The notes beneath the pieces were generated by a model. The model had not been told where the DNA came from and did not search any database. It saw only the letters and a list, made by a program, of their open reading frames with translations. The position numbers were made by a program, and so were the translations under genes. Below are positions 48,263 through 56,988 of a DNA stretch of 64,000 bases, one piece after another. Source of the stretch: Pseudomonadota bacterium. GTDB taxonomy: Bacteria > Pseudomonadota > Alphaproteobacteria > DSM-16000 > Inquilinaceae. How positions within the stretch are numbered: the first letter of the stretch is position 1; each line of letters begins with the position of its first letter. The stretch is taken from contig JBCDFV010000023.1 of the NCBI GenBank assembly GCA_039177555.1, positions 4,898-68,897 on the forward strand, in the 5' to 3' direction.

Positions 48263-49187
48263 CGAGACCGCGACGACCGTCCAGGCAACCTATCCCAGCC
48301 GGTTCAACGCGTTTGTCGGCGGCCTGTGGCGGATCATCCGGTCGATCCATCTGCCCTTGAACGATCCGTTCGCGATGATCGGTATCGTTATCTACCTTGT
48401 GTTCTTCCTGGTCGCGGTCTTCGCCAATCAGATCGCGCCCTATGACCCGACCGAGATCCTGTTCACCGAAGCCTACGACCTGGCCGCCGACCGGCTGCCC
48501 GGCGAGGACGGCTTCGTCTTGGGCACGACCAGCCTGGGCCGCGACATCTTCTCCCAGCTCGTCTATGGCTCGCAAAGCGCCCTATTGATCGGCCTCACGG
48601 CCGCCGCCGTGGTGGCGGTGATCGGCACGATCGTCGGGCTGATCTCCGGCTATTTCGGCGGCGTGGTCGACATGATGCTGATGCGCCTGGCGGACATCGC
48701 CTTTGGCATCCCGTTCCTGCCCTTCGTCATCGTGCTGGCCGCGTTCATGGAGCCGAGCATCTGGAACGTGGTCTTCGCCATGGCCTTGATCCTGTGGCGG
48801 GATACCGGGCGGGTGGTGCGCAGCCAGGTGCTGTCCCTGCGCACCCGGGCCTATGTCGAGGCCGCGCGGGTGTCCGGGTCCAGCAACCTGAAGATCGTCT
48901 TCCGGCACATCGCGCCCAACATCCTGCCCCTGTCGTTCCTCTACGGCTCGATCGCCATCGGCTGGGCGATCCTGACCGAGGCATCGATCAGCTTCCTCGG
49001 CTTCGGCGATCCGGAGACCATCTCCTGGGGCTACATGCTGCAGGACGCCTACGCCAGCCAGGCGCTGTCCACCGGCGCCTATTATTGGTTCATACCGCCT
49101 GGCGTGTGCATCGTGCTGGTCGTCGTCGCCGGCTTCTTCATCAGCCGGGGGTATGAAGAAATCCTGTTCCCGAAGCTGAAAGAATGA
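48255..49187 (+). CDS. ABC transporter permease (DppC type)
   Basis: 310 aa with the motif GTTSLGRDIFSQLVYG. It overlaps the upstream gene by 8 nt. Confidence 0.9.
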   Translation: MPSETATTVQATYPSRFNAFVGGLWRIIRSIHLPLNDPFAMIGIVIYLVFFLVAVFANQIAPYDPTEILFTEAYDLAADRLPGEDGFVLGTTSLGRDIFSQLVYGSQSALLIGLTAAAVVAVIGTIVGLISGYFGGVVDMMLMRLADIAFGIPFLPFVIVLAAFMEPSIWNVVFAMALILWRDTGRVVRSQVLSLRTRAYVEAARVSGSSNLKIVFRHIAPNILPLSFLYGSIAIGWAILTEASISFLGFGDPETISWGYMLQDAYASQALSTGAYYWFIPPGVCIVLVVVAGFFISRGYEEILFPKLKE

Positions 49188-50209
49188 CCGCACCGCTGCT
49201 GTCCATACGGGATCTCAGCGTGTCCTACGTTGTCGGTAATGGCATGATCCACGCCGTCGACGGGGCCACGTTCGACGTGCCGGCGGCGGGCATTGTCGGC
49301 CTCGTGGGCGAGTCCGGCTGCGGCAAGTCCACGGTCGCCCGGGCGCTGACCCGCGTCGTGCCGAAGAACGCGCGCTTTACCGGCGGCGAGGTCTTCTTCG
49401 ACGGCACGGACCTGCTGAAACTGTCCGAAGGCGACATGAACCGCCTGCGCTGGCGCGACATCGCCTTCATTCCGCAAAGCGCCATGAACTCGCTGGACCC
49501 GGTCTACCGGATCGAAACCCAGCTCGGCGAGGTGCTGCGCCAGCGCGGCGGTCTGTCGAAGGCCGAGGCGCGGGAGAAATCCGAGGCCCTATTCGAGCTG
49601 GTCGGCATCGAGCCGCGGCGCCTGCGGGACTTTCCGCACCAGTTTTCCGGCGGCATGCGCCAGCGGGTAGCCATCGCGTTGGCGCTCGCGCTCGACCCCA
49701 AGCTGATCATCGCCGACGAGCCGGTGACGGCGCTGGACGTGATCGTGCAACGCCAGATCCTGGACCAGCTTCAAGCTCTGCAACAGCGCCTCGGCATCTC
49801 GGTCATTCTGGTCACCCACGACATCAGCGTCGTCGCTTACGTCTGCGACCGCATCGTGGTCATGTATGCTGGTCAGGTGGTCGAGTCCGGCGATACCAGA
49901 ACGGTGCTCACCGCGCCCTATCACCCCTACACGATGGGCCTTTACAACGCCTTTCCCGACCTGCAGTCGAGCCAGGGCGTTCTGACCCCGATCGAGGGCA
50001 GCCCGCCGGATTTGAGCGCGCCGCCCAGCGGCTGCCGGTTCGCGCCGCGCTGCCCCTTTGTCGAGCCGGAATGCCGGGCGACCGAAATGGTCCTGCACGA
50101 GGTTGAAATCGTCGACGGGCCGGCGGGCCATGTCTCGGCCTGCCGCCGCAATCAGGATGCCCAGATGCTGCGCGCCAAGGCGTCTGAGGTCGCGACATGG
50201 TCAGCGTAA
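49184..50209 (+). CDS. ABC transporter ATP-binding protein (DppD type)
   Basis: It has Walker A GESGCGKST, signature FSGGMRQR, Walker B IIADEPVTALD and C-terminal CRFAPRCP. Confidence 0.9.
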   Translation: MTAPLLSIRDLSVSYVVGNGMIHAVDGATFDVPAAGIVGLVGESGCGKSTVARALTRVVPKNARFTGGEVFFDGTDLLKLSEGDMNRLRWRDIAFIPQSAMNSLDPVYRIETQLGEVLRQRGGLSKAEAREKSEALFELVGIEPRRLRDFPHQFSGGMRQRVAIALALALDPKLIIADEPVTALDVIVQRQILDQLQALQQRLGISVILVTHDISVVAYVCDRIVVMYAGQVVESGDTRTVLTAPYHPYTMGLYNAFPDLQSSQGVLTPIEGSPPDLSAPPSGCRFAPRCPFVEPECRATEMVLHEVEIVDGPAGHVSACRRNQDAQMLRAKASEVATWSA

Positions 50210-51216
50210 CCGCGCCCGCGATCGACGGTCAGGACGACCGCGACGAGGTCGTCCGCGCCGAGGGTGTTGCCAAGCACTACCAGGTCGGCAGCAACCTGAT
50301 CGCCACCCTGCGTGGCCGATCGGCATTGGTGAAGGCCGTCGACGGCGTCAACTTTACCCTCAAGCGCGGCGAGAGCGTCGGCCTGTTGGGTGAGTCCGGT
50401 TGCGGCAAGACGACCATGGGCCGGCTGCTGCTGAAGCTGGTGCCGCCGACCTCGGGCACCATCCTGTTCGAGGGCCGTGACACCGCGACCATCGACGGCC
50501 CCGATCTTCGGGCCTTCCGGCGGCGGGCGCAGTTGATCTTCCAAAACCCGTTCGAGGCCTTGAACCCGCGCCTGACCATCCGCCAGTCCCTGGCCGAGCC
50601 GTTGGAGAACGCCGGCGTGCCCAGGGCCGAACGGCTGGGCCTGATCGAGGAAGCATTGGAGTTGGTGCGCTCGCCCAGCGCGTCGGAGATCTTGGAGCGC
50701 TATCCGCACCAGATGTCCGGCGGCCAGCTTCAGCGCATCGTCATGGCCCGCGCCCTGATCCTGCAGCCGACCTTCGTCGTCGCCGACGAGCCGGTCTCGA
50801 TGCTGGATGTCAGCGTGCGCGCCGGCATCCTGAACGTGTTTCGCGACGTGCGCGAACGGCTGGGCCTGACCGCGATCTACATCTCGCACGATCTCGCCCT
50901 GGTCCGCTATGTCTGCGAACGCACGATCGTCATGTATCTAGGCCGCGTGGTCGAGGACGGGCCGACGGAAGAGGTGGTGCACGAGCCGCTGCATCCCTAC
51001 AGCAAGGCGCTGGTCACGGCCGTGCCCGTGCCGCACCCGGATCAGTCGCACGAGGCTCTGCCGATCCATGGCGGCGCCCCGGACGCCCGCAACCCTCCGT
51101 CAGGCTGCCGGTTTCGCGATCGTTGCCCGCATGCGTTCGAGCGCTGCGCGGTGGAGGAGCCGAAGCCGATCCAACAGGGCAACCGAACGGTCTATTGCCA
51201 CCTGTTCGACAGTTGA
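50197..51216 (+). CDS. ABC transporter ATP-binding protein (DppF type)
   Basis: It has Walker A GESGCGKTT, signature MSGGQLQR, Walker B VVADEPVSMLD and C-terminal CRFRDRCP. Confidence 0.9.
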   Translation: MVSVTAPAIDGQDDRDEVVRAEGVAKHYQVGSNLIATLRGRSALVKAVDGVNFTLKRGESVGLLGESGCGKTTMGRLLLKLVPPTSGTILFEGRDTATIDGPDLRAFRRRAQLIFQNPFEALNPRLTIRQSLAEPLENAGVPRAERLGLIEEALELVRSPSASEILERYPHQMSGGQLQRIVMARALILQPTFVVADEPVSMLDVSVRAGILNVFRDVRERLGLTAIYISHDLALVRYVCERTIVMYLGRVVEDGPTEEVVHEPLHPYSKALVTAVPVPHPDQSHEALPIHGGAPDARNPPSGCRFRDRCPHAFERCAVEEPKPIQQGNRTVYCHLFDS

Positions 51217-51223
51217 GGGCCGG

Positions 51224-52447
51224 CTAAAGCGTATTGCGGATCACCCGGCCGCCCTTCATGACCAGCGGCATGTTCTGTTGCGGTTCCAGCAGCATCGACA
51301 GGTCGGCCAGCGGGTCGCCATCGACAAGGATCAGGTCGGCATAGGCTTCCTCCGCCACAACGCCGAGTTCGCCCTTCATCTGCACCAGTTCCGCGTTGAT
51401 CGAGGTCGCGGACCGCAGCACGTCGATGGGCGGTTGCACCTCGGCGCGCAGCACCAGCTCCATGGCTTGGCGCTCGTGGAAACGATGTCCGTGCAGGTCG
51501 GCGCCCAGGCCCAGCTTCACGCCCGCGCGCACATTGGTCTCCACCGACTTCAGCGCGCTTTCCTGGACTTCTTTGACCTTCTCCAGCGCGCTTGCCGGCA
51601 AGCCCAGTTCAGACCCGTAGGTCGCGATGTTATGGCCGGCCGATAGGGTCGGCACGACGAACACGCCCGCCTCGGCGATCATCTGCGCGGTGTGTTCATG
51701 TACCTCGCTGCCATGCTCGATCGAGCGGATGCCGACCTCCAGGCACTGCTTGGCGCCGTGATCGGTGTGGCAATGGGCCATGACGTAGCTGCGGCGCTTT
51801 TCCGCCTCTTCCACCGCGCAGCGGAGTTCTTCCGACGAGAAATGCGGCATCCACAAGGGCGCGTTGGCGGTCGACACGCCGCCACTGATGAAGACCTTGA
51901 TCTGATGGGCGCCCTTGCGGAACTCCTCGCGCACGGCCCGCCGCATTTCATCGACCCCGTCGACGGTCTGGGTCAGCGCGCCGGAATAGGCACAGCCGCA
52001 GGGCTCGACATAGTCGCGCCGGCGCATGTCGCCATGGCCGCCGGTCTGGGTGATCGCCTTGCCCGAATAGAACAGGCGCGGCCCCTCGATCAGCCCTTCT
52101 TCCAACGACAGCCACAGCCCGATATCCGCGCCCGCCGCATCGCGCACGGTGGTGAACCCGCGCTGCAAGGCGCCGGTCAGCAACTTGGCCGCGTGGCTGG
52201 TCAGCAACGGCATCGGCATGCGGTCGATGCCGTAGAAATCGTAGCTGGGGGTGTAGGCGTGATAATGCGCATCGATCAGGCCGGGCATCAGCATACGCCC
52301 ATTGCCCTCGATCACCCGGTCCGCCGTCACCGTGGCACTATTGTCCGGCAGATCGACGATCCGCTCGCCCTCGACCACGACCGCCCTTCCGTCGACGACG
52401 TCGTGTCCGTCGAAGATCGTGCAATCGCGGATAATGGTGACAGTCAT
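51224..52447 (-). CDS. amidohydrolase-family metal-dependent hydrolase
   Basis: The start ATG 52447 (MTVTIIRDCTIFDG) follows a GGGGGGAAG SD. The metal motif is GLIDAHYH, plus AHCH and GADL. The longer track ORF (to 52624) overlaps the upstream methyltransferase gene. Confidence 0.85.
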   Translation of the reverse strand: MTVTIIRDCTIFDGHDVVDGRAVVVEGERIVDLPDNSATVTADRVIEGNGRMLMPGLIDAHYHAYTPSYDFYGIDRMPMPLLTSHAAKLLTGALQRGFTTVRDAAGADIGLWLSLEEGLIEGPRLFYSGKAITQTGGHGDMRRRDYVEPCGCAYSGALTQTVDGVDEMRRAVREEFRKGAHQIKVFISGGVSTANAPLWMPHFSSEELRCAVEEAEKRRSYVMAHCHTDHGAKQCLEVGIRSIEHGSEVHEHTAQMIAEAGVFVVPTLSAGHNIATYGSELGLPASALEKVKEVQESALKSVETNVRAGVKLGLGADLHGHRFHERQAMELVLRAEVQPPIDVLRSATSINAELVQMKGELGVVAEEAYADLILVDGDPLADLSMLLEPQQNMPLVMKGGRVIRNTL

Positions 52448-52569
52448 GCTTCCCCCCATGCAGCCGGCCGATGAATGCCGTCGACCCGACCGGCCATCAG
52501 CCCTTGGGGCACGTCGCCCCGAACCATGCCTCCAGCATAGGGACCGGCGGGACGAAAGGTAATAGACGA

Positions 52570-53265
52570 TCAGGCGTGGCTGGCTTGCGTTAGATGGTAC
52601 ATGACGCAAGGCTGGGACAGCCAATAGCGGCCGTCGCGCTGCTCCGCCCGATCGGCAAACAGCCCGGCCAGCAGGTCGCGGGTTTCCGGCAGCCGCTCGC
52701 CCCGGCCCGGGTCGACCAAGATGACGCTTTGCAGGTATTCGTCGAGGTCGGCGTAGGGCCGATGGATCGTGTAGGTCGACTTCTCGACCAGTGTCCAGCC
52801 GTGGCCGTCAAGCCGGTCCATCCGCGCATGGGTTGCGCGCCGAACCGCGCCCTCATCCTCGATCGGCCGCATCACCTCGGTCGCCGGCCCTTCCGGCAGC
52901 GGATCGACCACATGCAGCCGACCGCCGGGGCGCAGGACGCGCTGCGCCTCGGCGAGCGCCGCCGCCTGCAGATCGACCGGCACGTGGTGCAGGCTGAAGA
53001 CGTAGGTGATGAGATCGGCCGACCCGTCTTCGGCCGGCAATTGCTCACCGGTGCCGAGCACATAGCGCTCGTTACCCACTTTTGGCTGCGCGTCCGCATC
53101 GGCCACCTTCTCCGCGCTGATCTCGACGCCAATTGCCGTTGCGCCCTGGGCAGCCAGCGCGCGCACCAGCCCGCCCAGCCCGCAGCCGACATCGATCACG
53201 GTGCGATCGGCGATTGGCGTCAGGCGCAGCAGACGCGCGACATGCGTGTCGATGGCCGTGGTCAT
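52570..53265 (-). CDS. class I SAM-dependent methyltransferase
   Basis: 231 aa with motif I VIDVGCGLGGL, then AIGVEIS, and motif II-III DLITYVFSLHHV, LRPGGRL. Confidence 0.85.
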   Translation of the reverse strand: MTTAIDTHVARLLRLTPIADRTVIDVGCGLGGLVRALAAQGATAIGVEISAEKVADADAQPKVGNERYVLGTGEQLPAEDGSADLITYVFSLHHVPVDLQAAALAEAQRVLRPGGRLHVVDPLPEGPATEVMRPIEDEGAVRRATHARMDRLDGHGWTLVEKSTYTIHRPYADLDEYLQSVILVDPGRGERLPETRDLLAGLFADRAEQRDGRYWLSQPCVMYHLTQASHA

Positions 53266-53298
53266 CGGCTCCCCATCACTTGGCTTGCCAGCGAGACG

Positions 53299-54489
53299 TT
53301 AGGTCGTAGGCAACTCCAGCGAGGTCCAGACGCCTCCGGCGGCGCTGGATGCAACACTGGCTTCGATGAACTTCACGCCAACCGCGCCGTCGCGCACCGT
53401 GGGCACCAGCAGGCTGGCCGGGTCCGGGTCGCGGCGCTCCAGCTTGGCGCTGATCTGCTCGGCAAGGTCGGTGTAAAGCTGGGTGAAGCCCTCCAGATAC
53501 CCTTCTGGATGGCCGGGCGGGATGCGGGTCGCGTGGGCGGCGGCCGCGCCCGAGCCGGCACCGCCCCGCGTGATCAGGCGCGGTGGCTCGCCATAGGGTG
53601 TGAAAGTCAGATGATTGGGATGTTCCTGCGCCCAACTCAGCCCGGCCTTTTCACCATAGACCCGCAGCCGCAGCCCGTTCTCGTTGCCGGGCGCCACCTG
53701 GCTGGCCCACAGCATGCCGCGCGCCCCGTTGGCGTAGCGCAGCAGCATGCCGGCATTGTCGTCAAGCCGCCGGCCCTCGCCGAAGATCGACAGCTCTGCC
53801 AAGACCTCGGTCGCCGGCACACCGGTCACGAAATCAGCCAGATTGTAAGCGTGCGTACCAATATCGCCGACACAGCCGGCGACGCCGGAACGGGCGGGGT
53901 CGGTGCGCCACTCCGCCTGTTTGGAGCCACTGTCCTCCATCTTGGTGGTCAGCCAGTCCTGGGCGTATTCGGCCTGGACCAGACGGATCTTGCCCAACTC
54001 GCCGCCCGCGATCATCTCGCGCATTTGGCGGACCATGGGATACCCGGTGTAGTTGTGGGTCAGCCCGAAGACCAGGCCCGTCCGCTCAACCGTCGCGACC
54101 AGATCCATCGCGTCATCTAGGCCGGTGGTCATCGGCTTGTCGCAGATGACGTTGATGCCGGCGTCCAGAAACGCCTTGGCGACCGGATAATGGACATGGT
54201 TGGGGGTGACGATGGCCACCGCGTCGATGCCGTCGTCACGTGCCGCTTCGGCCGCCGCCATGGCTTCATAGCTGTCATAGGCGCGATCGGCCGGCACCCG
54301 CAAATCGGCCGCCGAGGCCCGGGCGCGCTCGGGATCTGACGAGAAGGCGCCTGCCACCAGCTCATAACAATCGTCCAGCCGCGCGGCGATCCGATGCACC
54401 GCACCGATAAACGCACCCTGTCCGCCGCCGACCATGCCCAGCCGCAGGCGCCGTGAAACCCCGGATTGATCCTTGCCCTCGATGGCCAT
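53299..54489 (-). CDS. Gfo/Idh/MocA-family oxidoreductase
   Basis: 396 aa with LRLGMVGGGQGAFIGAVH and ICDKPMT (the EKP-like motif). Confidence 0.9.
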   Translation of the reverse strand: MAIEGKDQSGVSRRLRLGMVGGGQGAFIGAVHRIAARLDDCYELVAGAFSSDPERARASAADLRVPADRAYDSYEAMAAAEAARDDGIDAVAIVTPNHVHYPVAKAFLDAGINVICDKPMTTGLDDAMDLVATVERTGLVFGLTHNYTGYPMVRQMREMIAGGELGKIRLVQAEYAQDWLTTKMEDSGSKQAEWRTDPARSGVAGCVGDIGTHAYNLADFVTGVPATEVLAELSIFGEGRRLDDNAGMLLRYANGARGMLWASQVAPGNENGLRLRVYGEKAGLSWAQEHPNHLTFTPYGEPPRLITRGGAGSGAAAAHATRIPPGHPEGYLEGFTQLYTDLAEQISAKLERRDPDPASLLVPTVRDGAVGVKFIEASVASSAAGGVWTSLELPTT

Positions 54490-54517
54490 CGGCCCTGTCC
54501 TCCGTCTTATCCTGCCC

Positions 54518-55576
54518 TTAAGCGTCGATGCCCAGCATGCGCCGGTTGGCGGCGTCGTCCGCGCCGCTGTCGGCGAAGTCGTCGAACGCCTTTTCGGTCA
54601 CGCGAATGATGTGCTGGCGGATGATCTCCGCCCCTTCGCGGGCGCCATCCTCCGCGTGTTTCAGGCAGCATTCCCATTCCAGCACGGCCCAGCCGTCGAA
54701 ATCATAGGCGGCCAGCTTTGAGAAGATCGCGCCGAAATCGATCTGCCCGTCGCCGAGCGACCGGAACCGGCCCGCCCGGTCGACCCAGGACTGATAGCCG
54801 CCATAGACGCCTTGCCGGCCGGTCGGGTTGAACTCCGCATCCTTCACATGAAACATGGCGATGCGGTCGTGATAGATGTCGATGTGGTCGAGATAATCGA
54901 GCTGCTGCAGCATGAAGTGGCTGGGGTCGTACAGCATGTTGCAACGCGGATGGTTGCCGACCCGCTCCAAAAACATCTCGAAGCTGGCCCCGTCATGCAG
55001 ATCCTCGCCCGGATGGATCTCATAGCAGACATCGACACCGGCCTCGTCGAAGGCGTTCAGGATCGGCGTCCAGCGCCGCCCCAACTCGTCGAAGGCGGTT
55101 TCGATCAGGCCGGGCGGCCGTTGCGGCCACGGGTAGATGTAGGGCCAGGCGAGCGCGCCGGAAAAGGTGGCGTGCGCCCCGACGCCCAGATTTTGCGACG
55201 CCTTGGCCGCCTTCATCATCTGGTCGACGGCCCATGCTTGCCGCGCCTTCGGGTTGCCGCGTACCTCCGGTGCGGCGAAGCCGTCGAACGCCTCGTCATA
55301 GGCCGGGTGGACGGCCACCAGTTGCCCTTGCAAATGCGTGGAGAGCTCGGTCAGCTCCACGCCGGCATCGGCCAGCACGCCCTTCACCTCGTCGCAATAG
55401 GTCTTGCTTTCCGCCGCCTTGGCCAGGTCGAACAGCCGGTCGTCCCAGGACGGGATCTGAACGCCCTTGAAGCCGATATCGGCCGCCCAGCGGGCGATCG
55501 ACGGCAGGCTGTTGAACGGGGCTTCGTCGCCGGCGAACTGGGCTAGAAAGAGGGCAGGGCCTTTCAACGTCTTCAT
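54518..55576 (-). CDS. sugar phosphate isomerase/epimerase (xylose isomerase-like TIM barrel)
   Basis: The start ATG 55576 (MKTLKGPALFLAQF) follows a GAAGGA SD. Motifs are YEIHPGEDL and HVKDA, typical of the AP_endonuc_2/TIM-barrel family. Confidence 0.85.
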   Translation of the reverse strand: MKTLKGPALFLAQFAGDEAPFNSLPSIARWAADIGFKGVQIPSWDDRLFDLAKAAESKTYCDEVKGVLADAGVELTELSTHLQGQLVAVHPAYDEAFDGFAAPEVRGNPKARQAWAVDQMMKAAKASQNLGVGAHATFSGALAWPYIYPWPQRPPGLIETAFDELGRRWTPILNAFDEAGVDVCYEIHPGEDLHDGASFEMFLERVGNHPRCNMLYDPSHFMLQQLDYLDHIDIYHDRIAMFHVKDAEFNPTGRQGVYGGYQSWVDRAGRFRSLGDGQIDFGAIFSKLAAYDFDGWAVLEWECCLKHAEDGAREGAEIIRQHIIRVTEKAFDDFADSGADDAANRRMLGIDA

Positions 55577-55743
55577 CGGGTCGTCCTTCGTGATCGGTGG
55601 CGTGCGGCAGCCTAGCGCCAAAGCTTCCGGAAGGCCAAGCAGGCCCCGCTAAGTTAGCACATGGAAATTAGCCATGGCCCCGACTCGGGTGTCGCGGGTA
55701 AGGTACGCGCCCGCCGCTTCCGGCCGTCACAAAACGGTAATCC

Positions 55744-56973
55744 ATGCTCTATTCGCTCTACGAGATGCAGCAATTGGCCCTGGCGCCCGTCCGCGCCATG
55801 GCCGACACGACATTGACTGTTCTCGGCCACCCGCTGGTGCCGTTGGCGCACACCCAGTTCGGACGCGCGATGGCCGCCGGGGCGGAGGTGCTGCATGGCG
55901 TCATCCAAAACCGCAGCAAGCCGGATTGGGGCCTGGACAAGGTATCGATCGGCGACGCCGACCATGCGGTCCTGGAACAGGTCGTCCGCGAGGATGCCTT
56001 TTGCCAGCTGCGCCGGTTTCAGCGCGTCGGCCGCGACGGCGACCCGAAAGTCCTTCTGGTCGCGCCGATGTCGGGGCACTTCGCGACCTTGTTAAGGGGC
56101 ACGGTCGCGCGCCTGATGGTCGATCACGACGTATATGTGACGGACTGGCGCGACGCCGCCCAGGTGCCGCGCGATGCGGGTGCCTTCGGTGTCGACGATT
56201 ACATCGACCATCTGATGGCTTACATGCGGCTGCTGGGGCCCGACGTACACGTCATCGCCGTGTGCCAGCCCGCGCCGCTGGTCTTATCGGCGGTGGCCCT
56301 TCTGGCTGCCGCTGAGGATTCGGCGCAGCCAATGTCCATGACGCTGATGGGCGGGCCGGTGGACACCACGGCGGAGCCGACCCTGGTCACCAGGTTTGCC
56401 GAAAACCGCCCGATGCCGTGGTTCCAGCACAATCTTCTGGCCGACGTCCCGGCGCACTATCCGGGGCACGGCAGGCGGGTCTATCCCGGTTTCCTGCAAC
56501 TGGCCGCGTTCCTGATGATGAATCCGGGCCGCCATGTCGGCGCGCATTTCGAACAGTTCCACCATTTGATCCGCGGTGACGGCGATTCAGCCGAAAGCCA
56601 CCGCCGCTTTTACGACGAATACCTGTCGGTCGCGGACGTGTCCGCCGACTTCTATCTTGAGACCGTCGACCGCATCTTCAAACGTCGCTGTCTGCCCGAG
56701 GGCACCATGACCTGGCGCGGCCACCCGGTTGAGCCGAGGGCGATCCGCTCTACCGCACTGATGACGGTTGAGGGCGAGCTGGACGACATCTCCGCCCCCG
56801 GCCAGACGCTGGCGGCCCAGGCCCTGTGCCCCTCGGTCCCGCACCATCTGCGCGTCCAGCATATGGAAGAGAATGTCGGCCATTATGGCATCTTCAACGG
56901 CCGCCGCTGGCGCGACAGCATCGCGCCGCGCATTGGTGAGTTCATTCGCCTGGCCGAACGGGCCAAATCCTGA
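55744..56973 (+). CDS. phaZ: intracellular polyhydroxyalkanoate (PHB) depolymerase
   Basis: 409 aa. The N-terminus is MLYSLYEMQQLALAPVR..., with VAPMSGHFATLLRGTV, VYVTDW and the catalytic-Cys region AVCQPAP, as in PhaZ1-type depolymerases. Confidence 0.85.
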   Translation: MLYSLYEMQQLALAPVRAMADTTLTVLGHPLVPLAHTQFGRAMAAGAEVLHGVIQNRSKPDWGLDKVSIGDADHAVLEQVVREDAFCQLRRFQRVGRDGDPKVLLVAPMSGHFATLLRGTVARLMVDHDVYVTDWRDAAQVPRDAGAFGVDDYIDHLMAYMRLLGPDVHVIAVCQPAPLVLSAVALLAAAEDSAQPMSMTLMGGPVDTTAEPTLVTRFAENRPMPWFQHNLLADVPAHYPGHGRRVYPGFLQLAAFLMMNPGRHVGAHFEQFHHLIRGDGDSAESHRRFYDEYLSVADVSADFYLETVDRIFKRRCLPEGTMTWRGHPVEPRAIRSTALMTVEGELDDISAPGQTLAAQALCPSVPHHLRVQHMEENVGHYGIFNGRRWRDSIAPRIGEFIRLAERAKS

Positions 56974-56988
56974 CGCTCGGTCCTATCG

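Noticed and set aside
52594-54120. 508-aa ORF on the plus strand
   Set aside because: It is antisense to the methyltransferase and Gfo/Idh/MocA genes, with a low-complexity Arg/Gly/Ala-rich translation.
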